In this document: positions 55,722 to 64,000 of the stretch, in pieces
Position numbering within the stretch: the stretch's first letter is position 1
Layout of the letters: each line of letters begins with the position of its first letter
NCBI GenBank assembly: GCA_019637805.1
Contig: JAHBVB010000001.1
Span: 969,875-1,033,874, forward strand
DNA from: Anaerolineales bacterium
GTDB lineage: Bacteria > Chloroflexota > Anaerolineae > Anaerolineales > UBA11579
Reading direction: 5' to 3'
DNA length: 64,000 bases
Notes under the pieces: generated by a model
What the model saw: the letters and a program-made list of their open reading frames with translations, nothing else
Databases searched by the model: none
What the model was told of the DNA's origin: nothing
Program-made: the position numbers and the translations under genes

Positions 55722-56138
55722 TTATTGTACTTGGAAATTCAGCGTGGTGTCCAGTTCGCCGTTCAGGTAGATCTCCACCTGATAGGCGCCGGCTGGCCAC
55801 AGGAAACCGACTTCATTGGCCAGGTCGAAGACCAGCACCGTGCTGCCGCTGGTGATGGAGACTTCGTCGATCAGCAGGTTAGGCTCTTCACCCTCCGCGT
55901 CCGCCGCGATCCAGGCTGCCGTCACTTCTGTGCCGTCGGGTGCGTTGGCCAGGTCCACAATCGCATAGAAGACGGCTTCGTCGCTGTACACGCTGGTGCT
56001 TTGGGTGCCTTCACTGTCCAGGCTCATGTAGGCGTCGGCAATGTTGGCAGAGCTGTAGTTGAAACCACAGGCGATCTGCGCAACAACCAATACGGCCAAA
56101 ACAAGCATCAAAATAGATTTCTTTTGCATGGCATTCAC
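55722..56138 (-). CDS. Small secreted/lipoprotein-like hypothetical protein
   Basis: Signal peptide 'KKSILMLVLAVLVVAQIAC', followed by beta-rich sequence. No family was recognised. Confidence 0.6.
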   Translation of the reverse strand: MNAMQKKSILMLVLAVLVVAQIACGFNYSSANIADAYMSLDSEGTQSTSVYSDEAVFYAIVDLANAPDGTEVTAAWIAADAEGEEPNLLIDEVSITSGSTVLVFDLANEVGFLWPAGAYQVEIYLNGELDTTLNFQVQ

Positions 56139-56175
56139 TCCTGATTACAGAACGAAAAGTGGAAAGAATTGATAC

Positions 56176-56730
56176 TTAGGAATCTTGCAAAAAGACGGGC
56201 AGATGGCCCAGGGCGATGATGTGCGCCCACCTGGCCTGGTCGCCTTCGGTGAAGATGGCGGCTTCGGCTGCGATCTGCGCCCCGGCTTTTTCCATCACCG
56301 CCCGCATGCCCTGCTGGGTGGACCCGGTGCTGACCACATCGTCCACCAACACCACCCGCTTGCCGCTCACCAGGCCGCGGTCCTTGGCGTCCAGGTACAA
56401 GGTCTGTGGGGCGCCGGTGGTGATGGAGACCGTCTCGGCTTGTATCGCGTCGCCCATGTAAAGCTTATAGCTCTTGCGCAGCACCACGTACGGCTTTTTG
56501 GCCACTTCAGCCAGCACATGGGCCAGCGGAATGCTTTTGGCTTCGGCAGTGACCAGCGTGTCGTACTCCACGCCCGCCAGTTTTTCGGCCAGGGCTTGGG
56601 CGCTGGCGCGCACCAGGGCCGTATCGCCCAGGATATTGAGCAGCGCAATCGTTACGCCGGGGGCCACTTCCACCAGGGGCAGTTCCCGGGTCAGCCCGGC
56701 GATCTCTACGGAATAGGTCTGGTTGTCCAT
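56176..56730 (-). CDS. Phosphoribosyltransferase (purine PRT-like)
   Basis: PRPP loop 'KRVVLVDDVVSTGST'; 184 aa. Confidence 0.82.
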   Translation of the reverse strand: MDNQTYSVEIAGLTRELPLVEVAPGVTIALLNILGDTALVRASAQALAEKLAGVEYDTLVTAEAKSIPLAHVLAEVAKKPYVVLRKSYKLYMGDAIQAETVSITTGAPQTLYLDAKDRGLVSGKRVVLVDDVVSTGSTQQGMRAVMEKAGAQIAAEAAIFTEGDQARWAHIIALGHLPVFLQDS

Positions 56731-57808
56731 TGTCAGTGGGCCTCATTATAATGTTGGCTTGCGTACCTACACCTGCCTTTTTGCCTTGTTCGCCCTGCTG
56801 CTGGCTTGCAGTCCCCAGCCCGCCGCGCCTCAGCCGGCGGCTGCCGCCGACGAGGTGCCTCTGATCAGCGTGTATTTTAGCGATCCGGAAAGCCCTCACG
56901 CCCAGAGTGTGCGCGGCGGGCCGGATGCGCATTTGGCGGCGGCCATCGCTGCCGCCAAAGTCAGCGTGGACATGGCCATCTACGACCTGGATTTGTGGAG
57001 CGTGCGCGACGCCCTGCTGGACGCCCACCAGCGCGGCGTGCTGGTGCGCCTGGTGGTGGAGAGCGACAACCTGCGCCGCAGGACGGAACTGCAGGAGCTG
57101 CGGGCCGCCGGCATTGCCGTGGTGGATGACCGCCACCAGGATTTTATGCATAACAAGTTCACCATCATAGACCGCCAGGAGGTCTGGACCGGGTCGATGA
57201 ACTACAACGTCAGCGGTGCTTACTTCAACCGCAACAACCTGCTGCGGATTGTTTCGCCCGAGCTGGCCGAGAATTACCTGACCGAATTTGAGGAAATGTT
57301 CCTCGGCTTTGACTTTGGCGATCTTTCTCCCGCCAACACACCCTATCCGCAGTGGTATTTTGGCGAGATGCGCGTGGAGACGTACTTTGCCCCGGAGGAC
57401 GGCGTGCTGCGCCGTTTGGTGGCTCTGGTCAATGCCGCCGAGGAGAGCCTATATTTCATGGCCTTTTCCTTCACCTCAGACGATCTGGCCGCTGCGGTGC
57501 ACACCGCCGCCCAGCGCGGTGTGCAGATCTACGGCGTGATGGACGAGGAGCAGGGCCTCAACAACACGGGCGGCGAATATCATGGCTTCATTGAAGCTGG
57601 CTTGGATGTGCGCCTGGATGGGGAGCGCGGCGCCATGCATCACAAAGTGCTGATCATCGACGAGAGCATTGTGGTGACCGGTTCGTACAACTTCAGCAAC
57701 AGCGCCGAGCGGCGCAATGATGAGAATGTGCTGGTGATCGAAAGCCCGCTGCTGGCGACGGAATACTTAGGCGAGTTTGAACGCGTTTGGGAGCTGGCCC
57801 TGCCATGA
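56723..57808 (+). CDS. Phospholipase D-like protein with two HKD motifs; secreted lipoprotein
   Basis: 'HNKFTIIDRQEVWTGSMN' and 'HHKVLIIDESIVVTGSYN'. Lipobox 'LLLACSP'. The start is TTG 56723 or TTG 56759; the former overlaps the divergent PRT start. Confidence 0.82.
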   Translation: MSIVSGPHYNVGLRTYTCLFALFALLLACSPQPAAPQPAAAADEVPLISVYFSDPESPHAQSVRGGPDAHLAAAIAAAKVSVDMAIYDLDLWSVRDALLDAHQRGVLVRLVVESDNLRRRTELQELRAAGIAVVDDRHQDFMHNKFTIIDRQEVWTGSMNYNVSGAYFNRNNLLRIVSPELAENYLTEFEEMFLGFDFGDLSPANTPYPQWYFGEMRVETYFAPEDGVLRRLVALVNAAEESLYFMAFSFTSDDLAAAVHTAAQRGVQIYGVMDEEQGLNNTGGEYHGFIEAGLDVRLDGERGAMHHKVLIIDESIVVTGSYNFSNSAERRNDENVLVIESPLLATEYLGEFERVWELALP

Positions 57809-58413
57809 ATGGATCCTCCGCCGGGTGGATCTTGCTGGCCTTTGGCTTGTATGCAGTGCTGCACTCGCTGCTGGCAGGGGCCGGCGTCAAAGATTGGGCA
57901 ACCCGGCGCTTGGGCGCCGGGGCTGAGCAGCGCTACTATCGGCTGTTCTTCAATATGGTCGGCGTGGTCAGCCTGCTGCCCGTGCTGGCCTTGGCCGCCT
58001 GGCTGCCGGACGGCCTGCTGTACCGCCTGCCGGTCTGGGCCTTGCCTTTCAGCTTGCTGGGCCAGTTGGCCGGGCTGGGGCTGCTGGCCGCCTCGCTGCG
58101 CCAAACCGGCATCGGCGACTTCCTAGGCCTCAGCCAACTGGCCGGCCCAGCCGGGCCGGGCGGCTTGGTGACCAGCGGCGTGTATGCGCATGTGCGCCAC
58201 CCGCTGTACACCGGTAGCCTGCTGGTGTTCTGGCTGCTGCCGCGGATGAGCGGCAACAGCCTGGCGCTGATCTTTGCCATCACGCTGTACTTCGTGATCG
58301 GCTCCTGGTTTGAAGAGCGCAAGCTGGAAAAAGCCTTTGGCCAAGCCTATCGAGACTATCAAGCGCGCACGCCGGCTTTCATCCCGCGCTTAACTGCGCC
58401 GCGCAATTCTTAG
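57805..58413 (+). CDS. ICMT/PEMT-family membrane methyltransferase
   Basis: ATGA overlap with the PLD gene. 'TSGVYAHVRHPLYTGSLL', 'EERKLEKAFGQAYRDYQARTPAFIP'. 4-5 TM segments. Confidence 0.82.
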   Translation: MNGSSAGWILLAFGLYAVLHSLLAGAGVKDWATRRLGAGAEQRYYRLFFNMVGVVSLLPVLALAAWLPDGLLYRLPVWALPFSLLGQLAGLGLLAASLRQTGIGDFLGLSQLAGPAGPGGLVTSGVYAHVRHPLYTGSLLVFWLLPRMSGNSLALIFAITLYFVIGSWFEERKLEKAFGQAYRDYQARTPAFIPRLTAPRNS

Positions 58414-58481
58414 ACTTCTCCAATATCGGGCCGATAGCATCTTCATGGGAGCGCTCGTTGGCTCCCATGAAGGAGTTCATT

Positions 58482-58736
58482 ATGGAACTCGGCGAATTGT
58501 TTTTGATCGAAGACACCAGTATGAGTCCGGAGGCCCGGGTGCTGTGGGCGGCGGAACGCTATCGCCGCCGCTATGGGCAAGATCCCAGTTTGTGCCTGGT
58601 ACACCCCAGCCTGCTGCCCGCCGCCGGCGGGCGCATTGCCGGCCTGCGTGTGGAGGCCAAGCCTGCCTTGCTGCCCAATTATCTTTGGTTGGGTTCGGTG
58701 GCCCCCGAGGGCCGGGTTAAGCCGTTGGCACGCTGA
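58482..58736 (+). CDS. Hypothetical 84-aa protein
   Basis: ATG 58482 lies 6 nt after AAGGAG. No family was recognised. It overlaps the holA 3' end convergently by 20 nt. Confidence 0.4.
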   Translation: MELGELFLIEDTSMSPEARVLWAAERYRRRYGQDPSLCLVHPSLLPAAGGRIAGLRVEAKPALLPNYLWLGSVAPEGRVKPLAR

Positions 58737-59694
58737 GCGCGGCCACAAAGGTTTCCATCGCCAGGCCGGGTTCGATCTTTCCCGTCTTCATTTCCTGATC
58801 GAGTGTAAATAAGCGCTGATAAAGTGCCTTGAGGGCCCGCGCCGAAAAACGGCGCGCCTGCCCGGCCAGCTTTTCCGCCCGGAAGGGGTGGATGCTCAAC
58901 TCCTTGGCGATCTCTGGCGCTTTGAGGCCTGTGTCCATCAGTTGGCGGGTTTGCACCAGCAGCCGAAAATGGCCCACCAGGCTGAAGAAGAACAGAATAT
59001 GGTCGCGCTCTTGCAGCAGGGTTTCCAGCCGGTTCATGGCCTGGGCCGGGTTGCCGCCCACTAGGGAATCGAGCAGGCCGAAGAAGTCGCCTTGCTCGCC
59101 GATCGGCTGGCACAGCAGCTGCACGTCCTGCGCCTGGATCGGGCGGCTGTAGTTCACATAGGCCAGCAACTTGGCCAGTTCACCGTCGGCCGCCAGCTTG
59201 TCGCTGCCCAGCAGCTGCACCAGCGCCGCGGCGGCCTGCGGCTGCAGCGTCCCGCCCAGTTCGGCGGTGCGTTGCTGCAGCCAGGTCGCCATTTGCGGCC
59301 CCTTGGGCAGTTCGAACAACTGGGCCTGGGCGCGTGAGCCGGCAGCCTGCACCCACTTCAGCAGCCAATGTTTGGCGTCCAGTGCGGCAAACTCCTGGAT
59401 CACAAAGGCCGTGCTGGCGGGAATTTGTTCCAGAAAGCGGATGAAGGCGGCACGCGGCTCGGCGGCGTTGAAGGTTTTGGCGGCTCCCAGCACGCTGACC
59501 ACACGCCGGGCGCTGAGGAAGGGCATCGCCATGGCGGCCCCGGTCAGCGCGTCCAGTGACAGGCTGCCCTCGAAATGGGCTGTGTTCATCTCCGCCGTGC
59601 TAGGGTCGCCCAGTTCGGCGACCAAGGCGGCTACCGCCGCCTTGGTCGCCGGCTCGTCCTCTCCGTGGAACAGGTAGATGCTGGGGGCGCTCAT
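58717..59694 (-). CDS. holA: DNA polymerase III delta subunit
   Basis: 'IYLFHGEDE', 'AMPFLSARRVVSV' and the C-terminal helical domain typical of HolA. Confidence 0.82.
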   Translation of the reverse strand: MSAPSIYLFHGEDEPATKAAVAALVAELGDPSTAEMNTAHFEGSLSLDALTGAAMAMPFLSARRVVSVLGAAKTFNAAEPRAAFIRFLEQIPASTAFVIQEFAALDAKHWLLKWVQAAGSRAQAQLFELPKGPQMATWLQQRTAELGGTLQPQAAAALVQLLGSDKLAADGELAKLLAYVNYSRPIQAQDVQLLCQPIGEQGDFFGLLDSLVGGNPAQAMNRLETLLQERDHILFFFSLVGHFRLLVQTRQLMDTGLKAPEIAKELSIHPFRAEKLAGQARRFSARALKALYQRLFTLDQEMKTGKIEPGLAMETFVAALSVPTA

Positions 59695-60206
59695 GAACTG
59701 AAGGTTTCGACGCGGTGCAGGGTGGTGCGGCCGCGCTGGCTGCGCCGAATGCTGATGACTTGCAGGTCGCCCATGTCGGCGCTGGTGGTGATGTATTTTT
59801 GCAGCCAGCCGCCCAGCGGGCGGGCCAGCAGCAGGCCAAGCACGCTAGCCAGCAGGGCCAGCGGCAGACGCAGAGCCCAAGTGTTGCGCTGGCTGCCGCG
59901 CAGGGCCAGGTTGCCCATGCCGCCGGTGACCGCCGCGGCAGTCACCAGGTTGGTGCCGCAGTTGGGGTGCACCGCCAGCCCGGCTTGGCCGGCGCGGAAA
60001 CGCTGCAGGGCTTCCTGCACGGCGGCTTCCACCGCTTCGGTCTGCACCTCACCTATCAGCCAGAAACCGCCGGCATCCGAATGCCCCGCCAGGCCGCTAT
60101 GGCTGCGCCGGGCGGTCAGGATGTGAATGCTGGCATGCTCCAGCCCGTGGTTGCGGCGGGTGCGCAGCAACCACGGGATTTGGAGCAGAGATTGCAGTGG
60201 GTTCAA
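59691..60206 (-). CDS. Conserved hypothetical protein with HGxEH and HPxCGT motifs plus C-terminal TM segments
   Basis: TTG 60206 lies directly after the upstream TAA (TAACTTG). 'RRNHGLEHASIHIL' and 'AVHPNCGTNLV'. 4-nt overlap with the holA start. Confidence 0.55.
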   Translation of the reverse strand: MNPLQSLLQIPWLLRTRRNHGLEHASIHILTARRSHSGLAGHSDAGGFWLIGEVQTEAVEAAVQEALQRFRAGQAGLAVHPNCGTNLVTAAAVTGGMGNLALRGSQRNTWALRLPLALLASVLGLLLARPLGGWLQKYITTSADMGDLQVISIRRSQRGRTTLHRVETFSS

Positions 60207-60207
60207 G

Positions 60208-61173
60208 TTACGCGGCCGCCTTCGGGGTGCGCGGACGGCGCGGTTTGGGCGCCGGCTCCACGATCTGCGGAGCAGCCGGGGTGTCCAATTCCAGGTAGCC
60301 CAGCGTCCAGGCACTTTGCACATAGCTGGTCAGGATGCCTTGCAGCAACAGCACCAGCGGCAGCATCAGTACGAACAGGCCAATCGCCACCAGAAAGCTC
60401 TGGCCCAGCGTGTTGGCGTCGTTGAAGATGGTGAAAAAGAAGGGGATGAAGATCACCAGCAGCGGCAAAGCGATCACCACGCCGGCCACCAACCCCACAA
60501 TGAACAGAATCACCGCCAGCATGATCACCGGTCCGGGCTGGCTGCGCAGCGTCTCCCAGGCCTTGCTCAGCGCGGCGCTCACGCCCTGGCGGTCTTTTAC
60601 CAGGGCCACATTGGCCAGTTCGCTGTAGATGTTGAAGGCGATCGCCAGCGGCACGGCCAGACATACCAGGCAGATCAGGCCGATGCCCAGGGTCAGAATC
60701 CCCAGCGGCAGGCCGATGGCCACGATCGCCAGGGTGCCGCCCAGCGCGATCAGGGCCAGCAAGAGGTTGAGGCCCAGAGCAGGCATCCACTCCACCTTGG
60801 CGTCTTCGACGATGGTGCCGAAAGAGATCGGGCGGTCGCTTTCGGCGCGCAGCACGGCGCGGATCAGGCCGACCTTGCCAAAAATGCCGATGGCCCAGGC
60901 GATCACGCTGATCAGCACGATCAGGCAGACCAACCCCACGATCAGCACCCAGCCGCCGTTGGTGAAGAACTCCTCCACACCGCGGCCGAACTGCTCGAAT
61001 TGGGGCGGCAGTGTGCCTGGGGTTGTATCAGCCTCCCAGCCGGAACCGCCTCCAAATCCACCGCCCCCACCACCGCCGCCGCTGGCGCAGGAGGCCAGGA
61101 TGCCAAACAGCCACAGCACCTTGTTCTTCCAAATAATTTCCCAGGAACGGGTTAGTACTCTTCCAAAATCCAT
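60208..61173 (-). CDS. Polytopic membrane protein (paralog A) with a poly-Gly loop
   Basis: ATG 61173 follows AAGGAGA. N-terminus 'MDFGRVLTRSWEIIWKNKVLWLFG', 'GGGGGGGGFGGGSG' loop, and about 6 TM segments. Confidence 0.75.
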   Translation of the reverse strand: MDFGRVLTRSWEIIWKNKVLWLFGILASCASGGGGGGGGFGGGSGWEADTTPGTLPPQFEQFGRGVEEFFTNGGWVLIVGLVCLIVLISVIAWAIGIFGKVGLIRAVLRAESDRPISFGTIVEDAKVEWMPALGLNLLLALIALGGTLAIVAIGLPLGILTLGIGLICLVCLAVPLAIAFNIYSELANVALVKDRQGVSAALSKAWETLRSQPGPVIMLAVILFIVGLVAGVVIALPLLVIFIPFFFTIFNDANTLGQSFLVAIGLFVLMLPLVLLLQGILTSYVQSAWTLGYLELDTPAAPQIVEPAPKPRRPRTPKAAA

Positions 61174-61343
61174 GTTGTCTCCTTGCTTCCGGCAGTACCG
61201 TAAGAATACTTGTGTATATCTACTAATACGGAGTCTGCTGGACAAAAGTTACAAAGGGCTATTGTGGTTCTAGCATAGCACAGCCCGCTCGCCAAGTTAA
61301 CCACAAAGGCCGCCATCCGGCGGCCTTTGGATTGATGGCAGGA

Positions 61344-62264
61344 TTATTCGGTCTTTTTGCTTCGGCTGGGGCGTTTCGCCGGGGGCCGCGGGGCGTCCCC
61401 AGCCGGCTTTAGAGCCGTATATTGCAGCAGGATACCGGCGTAATAAAACACACTGAGCGGGATGCTGAGCAAGTATTGCGGCAGGTAAAGCAGACGCAGC
61501 CACCAGGCCTGGCTGAGGTCCATGATCGCTTGCGGCGAGCTCACGTCCATTGAGCCGAATGCGATGAATTGGGCCGAGAGCGGGATCAAGGTCAACACAA
61601 AGCTGGCGCCCATGGTAATGAACACGAACAGGAACACGAAACCAATCACCGCGCCCAGGTTGGCGCGGATCAGCTTGGCACTCTGCGTGAAGGCTTCGAC
61701 TATCCCCAAGTCGTCCACTACAATCGCCGCAAAGGCAAACACCATCACAACAGAAGCGAGCATGATCGCGATCAGACCCAGGCACAGAAAGCAGAACAGC
61801 GGGATGATCATCAGGCCGGCTGCTGTGGATGTGTCTGCATTGGAGATCAATAAGACCAGGAAAAATACAAACACCAGATAGAGCAAAACGCCCAGCCCGG
61901 TCAGTAGCAAGGGCAGCAGCAACAGCCGCCAGTAGTATGGTTTGGTCTTTTGAAAGACGTCTTTAATCGAGAGTGATTGCCCTTGCTCGCTAAGGGCCAC
62001 GCCCTTCAAGATGCCCCCTATGCTGAAGGGGAACAGCAGATAAGAGGCAATCCCCAAAATGCATTGCAACCCGATGGCGGCGAACAAGACCGAAACCATC
62101 TCCGCCGCTTCGCGCTCTGACAGCATCCCCGGGTTTGTCGGCAAGGGGAACGAGAAGAACAGCGTGGGAAGCAAAGCCAAAAGTGGCAGTGCGGCGAACA
62201 GCCACAGCACCTTCTCTTTCCAGGCGATTGCAAAAGATTTGGAAATGATGTTGCCAAGTGTCAT
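61344..62264 (-). CDS. Polytopic membrane protein (paralog B)
   Basis: N-terminus 'MTLGNIISKSFAIAWKEKVLWLFA' is homologous to paralog A. About 6 TM segments. Somewhat lower GC. Confidence 0.75.
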   Translation of the reverse strand: MTLGNIISKSFAIAWKEKVLWLFAALPLLALLPTLFFSFPLPTNPGMLSEREAAEMVSVLFAAIGLQCILGIASYLLFPFSIGGILKGVALSEQGQSLSIKDVFQKTKPYYWRLLLLPLLLTGLGVLLYLVFVFFLVLLISNADTSTAAGLMIIPLFCFLCLGLIAIMLASVVMVFAFAAIVVDDLGIVEAFTQSAKLIRANLGAVIGFVFLFVFITMGASFVLTLIPLSAQFIAFGSMDVSSPQAIMDLSQAWWLRLLYLPQYLLSIPLSVFYYAGILLQYTALKPAGDAPRPPAKRPSRSKKTE

Positions 62265-62309
62265 GATGCCCTCCCTGTATTGAGCTTACTTATAACACGC
62301 CGCGCCACA

Positions 62310-63842
62310 TCACTCCCACTCGATGGTGGCCGGCGGCTTACTGCTGATGTCGTAGACCACGCGGTTTACGCCCTGCACCTCGTTGACGATGCGGCTGGAG
62401 ACGCGCGCCAGCAGGTCCTCCGGCAGCCGGGCCCAGTCGGCGGTCATGTAGTCCTGGCTGCTCACCGCCCGCAAGGCCACGCATTCCTGGTAGGTGCGCT
62501 GGTCGCCCATCACACCCACGCTGTACACCGGCAGCAGCACGGCGAAGGCCTGCGCCAGCGCCGCGCCTGCCACGCCCAGCAGCCCGGCGGCCAGCAGCTC
62601 ATTGGTGAAGATGGCGTCCGCCCCGCGCAGGCGCTCCAGGCGTTCGGCGGTCACCTCGCCCAGGCAGCGCACCGCCAGCCCAGGCCCGGGGAACGGCTGG
62701 CGCCAGACCAATTCGTCGGGCAAGCCCAACTGCAGCCCCACCTGGCGCACTTCGTCCTTGAACAGGTAGCGCAACGGCTCCACCAGCTCGAACTGCATAT
62801 CCTCTGGCAGACCACCCACGTTGTGGTGCGTCTTGATCCGTTCGGCGTGCTGGCGCTCCGGCGCGCGCGATTCGATCACATCCGGATAGATCGTGCCTTG
62901 CAGCAGGAAGGGCGGTTGGCCCAGGGTCTTGGCCCGCTCTTCAAAGATACGGATGAAGCGCTCGCCGATGCGGCGGCGCTTTTCCTCCGGGTCTGTGACG
63001 CCGGCCAGGTCCGCCAGGAACTGTGCGGCGGCGTCCACCACCACCAGTTCGATCCCCAGGCCGCTTTGCAGCGCCTGGGTCACCTGTTGGCGTTCCCCCT
63101 GGCGCAACAGGCCATTGTCTACAAAAATGGCGACCAGTTGGTCGCCAATCGCGCGGTGCACCAAGGCCGAGGCCACGCTGGAATCTACGCCACCGCTGAT
63201 GGCGGCCAGCACAGCCTGCCCGCCGACCTGCCGGCGGATGGCGGCCACAGACTGCTCCACAATTTCCCCGGGGGTCCAGTTGGCCGGCGCGGCGCACACC
63301 TGCACGGCAAAACGCCGCAACAGCTCCTGGCCGCCTGGGGTGTGCTGCACCTCGGGGTGGAACTGTACGCCAAACAGCTTGCGCTGCAGGTCGGCCATGG
63401 CCGCCACAGGGGCGTTGTCGCTGCTGGCGATCGGCACGAACCCGGGCGGCGCCTGCTCGATCCGGTCTCCGTGAGACATCCACACGCGTTGCGCGCCATC
63501 CAACAGCGGGTTTTCCGTCGTGCTGTGGATCTCGGCTGCGCCGTATTCGCGCTGCCCGGAAGCGGCCACTGTGCCGCCCAGCGCATGTGTCAGCGCCTGC
63601 ATGCCGTAGCAGATGCCCAGCACGGGCTTGCCGCTGGCCGGCACGTAGTCCGGCAGCTGCGGGGCGCCGGGGGCGTACACCGAAGCTGGCCCGCCGGAGA
63701 GGACAAAACCCAGAGGCTGCGCGGCCAGCACCTCTTCCGCCGGCGCATCGCAGGGGAACAGCTGGCAGTAGACCTGCGCTTCGCGCAAACGCCGGGCGAT
63801 CAACTGCGATGTCTGTGAACCGAAATCCAGGATCACGATCAT
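62310..63842 (-). CDS. guaA: GMP synthase (glutamine-hydrolysing)
   Basis: GATase 'VLGICYGMQ', PP-loop 'SGGVDSSV', and C-terminal 'KPPATIEWE'. Confidence 0.97.
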   Translation of the reverse strand: MIVILDFGSQTSQLIARRLREAQVYCQLFPCDAPAEEVLAAQPLGFVLSGGPASVYAPGAPQLPDYVPASGKPVLGICYGMQALTHALGGTVAASGQREYGAAEIHSTTENPLLDGAQRVWMSHGDRIEQAPPGFVPIASSDNAPVAAMADLQRKLFGVQFHPEVQHTPGGQELLRRFAVQVCAAPANWTPGEIVEQSVAAIRRQVGGQAVLAAISGGVDSSVASALVHRAIGDQLVAIFVDNGLLRQGERQQVTQALQSGLGIELVVVDAAAQFLADLAGVTDPEEKRRRIGERFIRIFEERAKTLGQPPFLLQGTIYPDVIESRAPERQHAERIKTHHNVGGLPEDMQFELVEPLRYLFKDEVRQVGLQLGLPDELVWRQPFPGPGLAVRCLGEVTAERLERLRGADAIFTNELLAAGLLGVAGAALAQAFAVLLPVYSVGVMGDQRTYQECVALRAVSSQDYMTADWARLPEDLLARVSSRIVNEVQGVNRVVYDISSKPPATIEWE

Positions 63843-64000
63843 TCGGCAAACTCGATGATCTCGTCTTCCATGCGGCTGATGGCCGCCAGCGAGTGGATCG
63901 GCACGCTCAGGCTTTGCAGCACCTGGCGGCCGCCTTCAAAGGTCTTTTCCACCAGGGCGCCCACGCCCACGATCTGGGCCCCGGCGGTCTGCGCCAGGCG
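63839..64000 (-). CDS. xpt: Xanthine phosphoribosyltransferase, C-terminal fragment (5' end lies outside the window)
   Basis: My manual reverse-strand translation gives '[53 protein letters not shown]', which resembles the Xpt C-terminus. ATGA overlap with the guaA start. This ORF is not in the track. Confidence 0.75.
   Translation of the reverse strand, partial: RLAQTAGAQIVGVGALVEKTFEGGRQVLQSLSVPIHSLAAISRMEDEIIEFAE

Noticed and set aside
61030-61095. CCGCC/CCACC-rich run, considered as a simple-sequence repeat or slippage site
   Set aside because: It encodes the poly-Gly loop of the membrane protein on the minus strand. It is in frame, with no evidence of a frameshift.

Overview
This is a 64-kb high-GC bacterial chromosomal segment (by eye mid-60s % GC; nothing here was computed). 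It is densely coding, with about 60 protein genes. I saw no rRNA, tRNA or CRISPR array. Gene content (GAF/PAS kinase, GT-C membrane glycosyltransferases, sortase, SdrD-B/DUF3048 lipoprotein, SCO1664/DUF3090 trio) suggests a Chloroflexota- or Actinomycetota-like organism, but that is only a guess.

Main blocks:
- 54-3723: sensor kinase, MBL-like protein and endonuclease III.
- 3720-9364: a thiamine salvage/import operon (thiN-thiB-PPOX-like-thiP-thiQ-DUF402). It lies behind a sigma70-like promoter, a TPP riboswitch and an intrinsic terminator. The six-frame ORF call partly reads through this leader as protein.
- 11481-14180: aconitase.
- 14273-23630: envelope cluster of SdrD-B/DUF3048 lipoprotein, MFS transporter, GT-C protein, sortase, GT4 and heparinase II/III-like protein.
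- 23623-26446: a coupled FHA/PP2C pair.
- 26456-37409: cca and a GNAT gene, then the conserved nusA-ylxR-infB-rbfA-nrnA-truB-ribF array, then thyA-folA.
- 37406-37987: a low-GC RayT-type (IS200-like Y1) transposase gene flanked by GTAG-bearing hairpins.
- 40603-44023: the SCO1664-family kinase-like / DUF3090 / histidine-phosphatase trio, whose function is uncharacterised. It is split by a lower-GC single-gene cassette bounded by a 28-nt direct repeat that duplicates the DUF3090 3' end.
- 46528-48741: my best candidate for an undescribed system. This is a tightly coupled three-gene operon encoding a DEDDh exonuclease, an unclassifiable Pol-beta/cGAS-like nucleotidyltransferase-motif protein and a small NTF2-like protein.
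- 50678-51984: a Trp T-box leader and trpS.
- 51990-55695: a markedly low-GC island with two coupled GT-C-like membrane proteins.
- 55722-64000: PRT, a coupled PLD/ICMT-like pair, holA embedded in an operon with two paralogous membrane proteins and an HGxEH protein, guaA, and a truncated xpt.

Most other long ORFs in the track are antisense artefacts of high GC.
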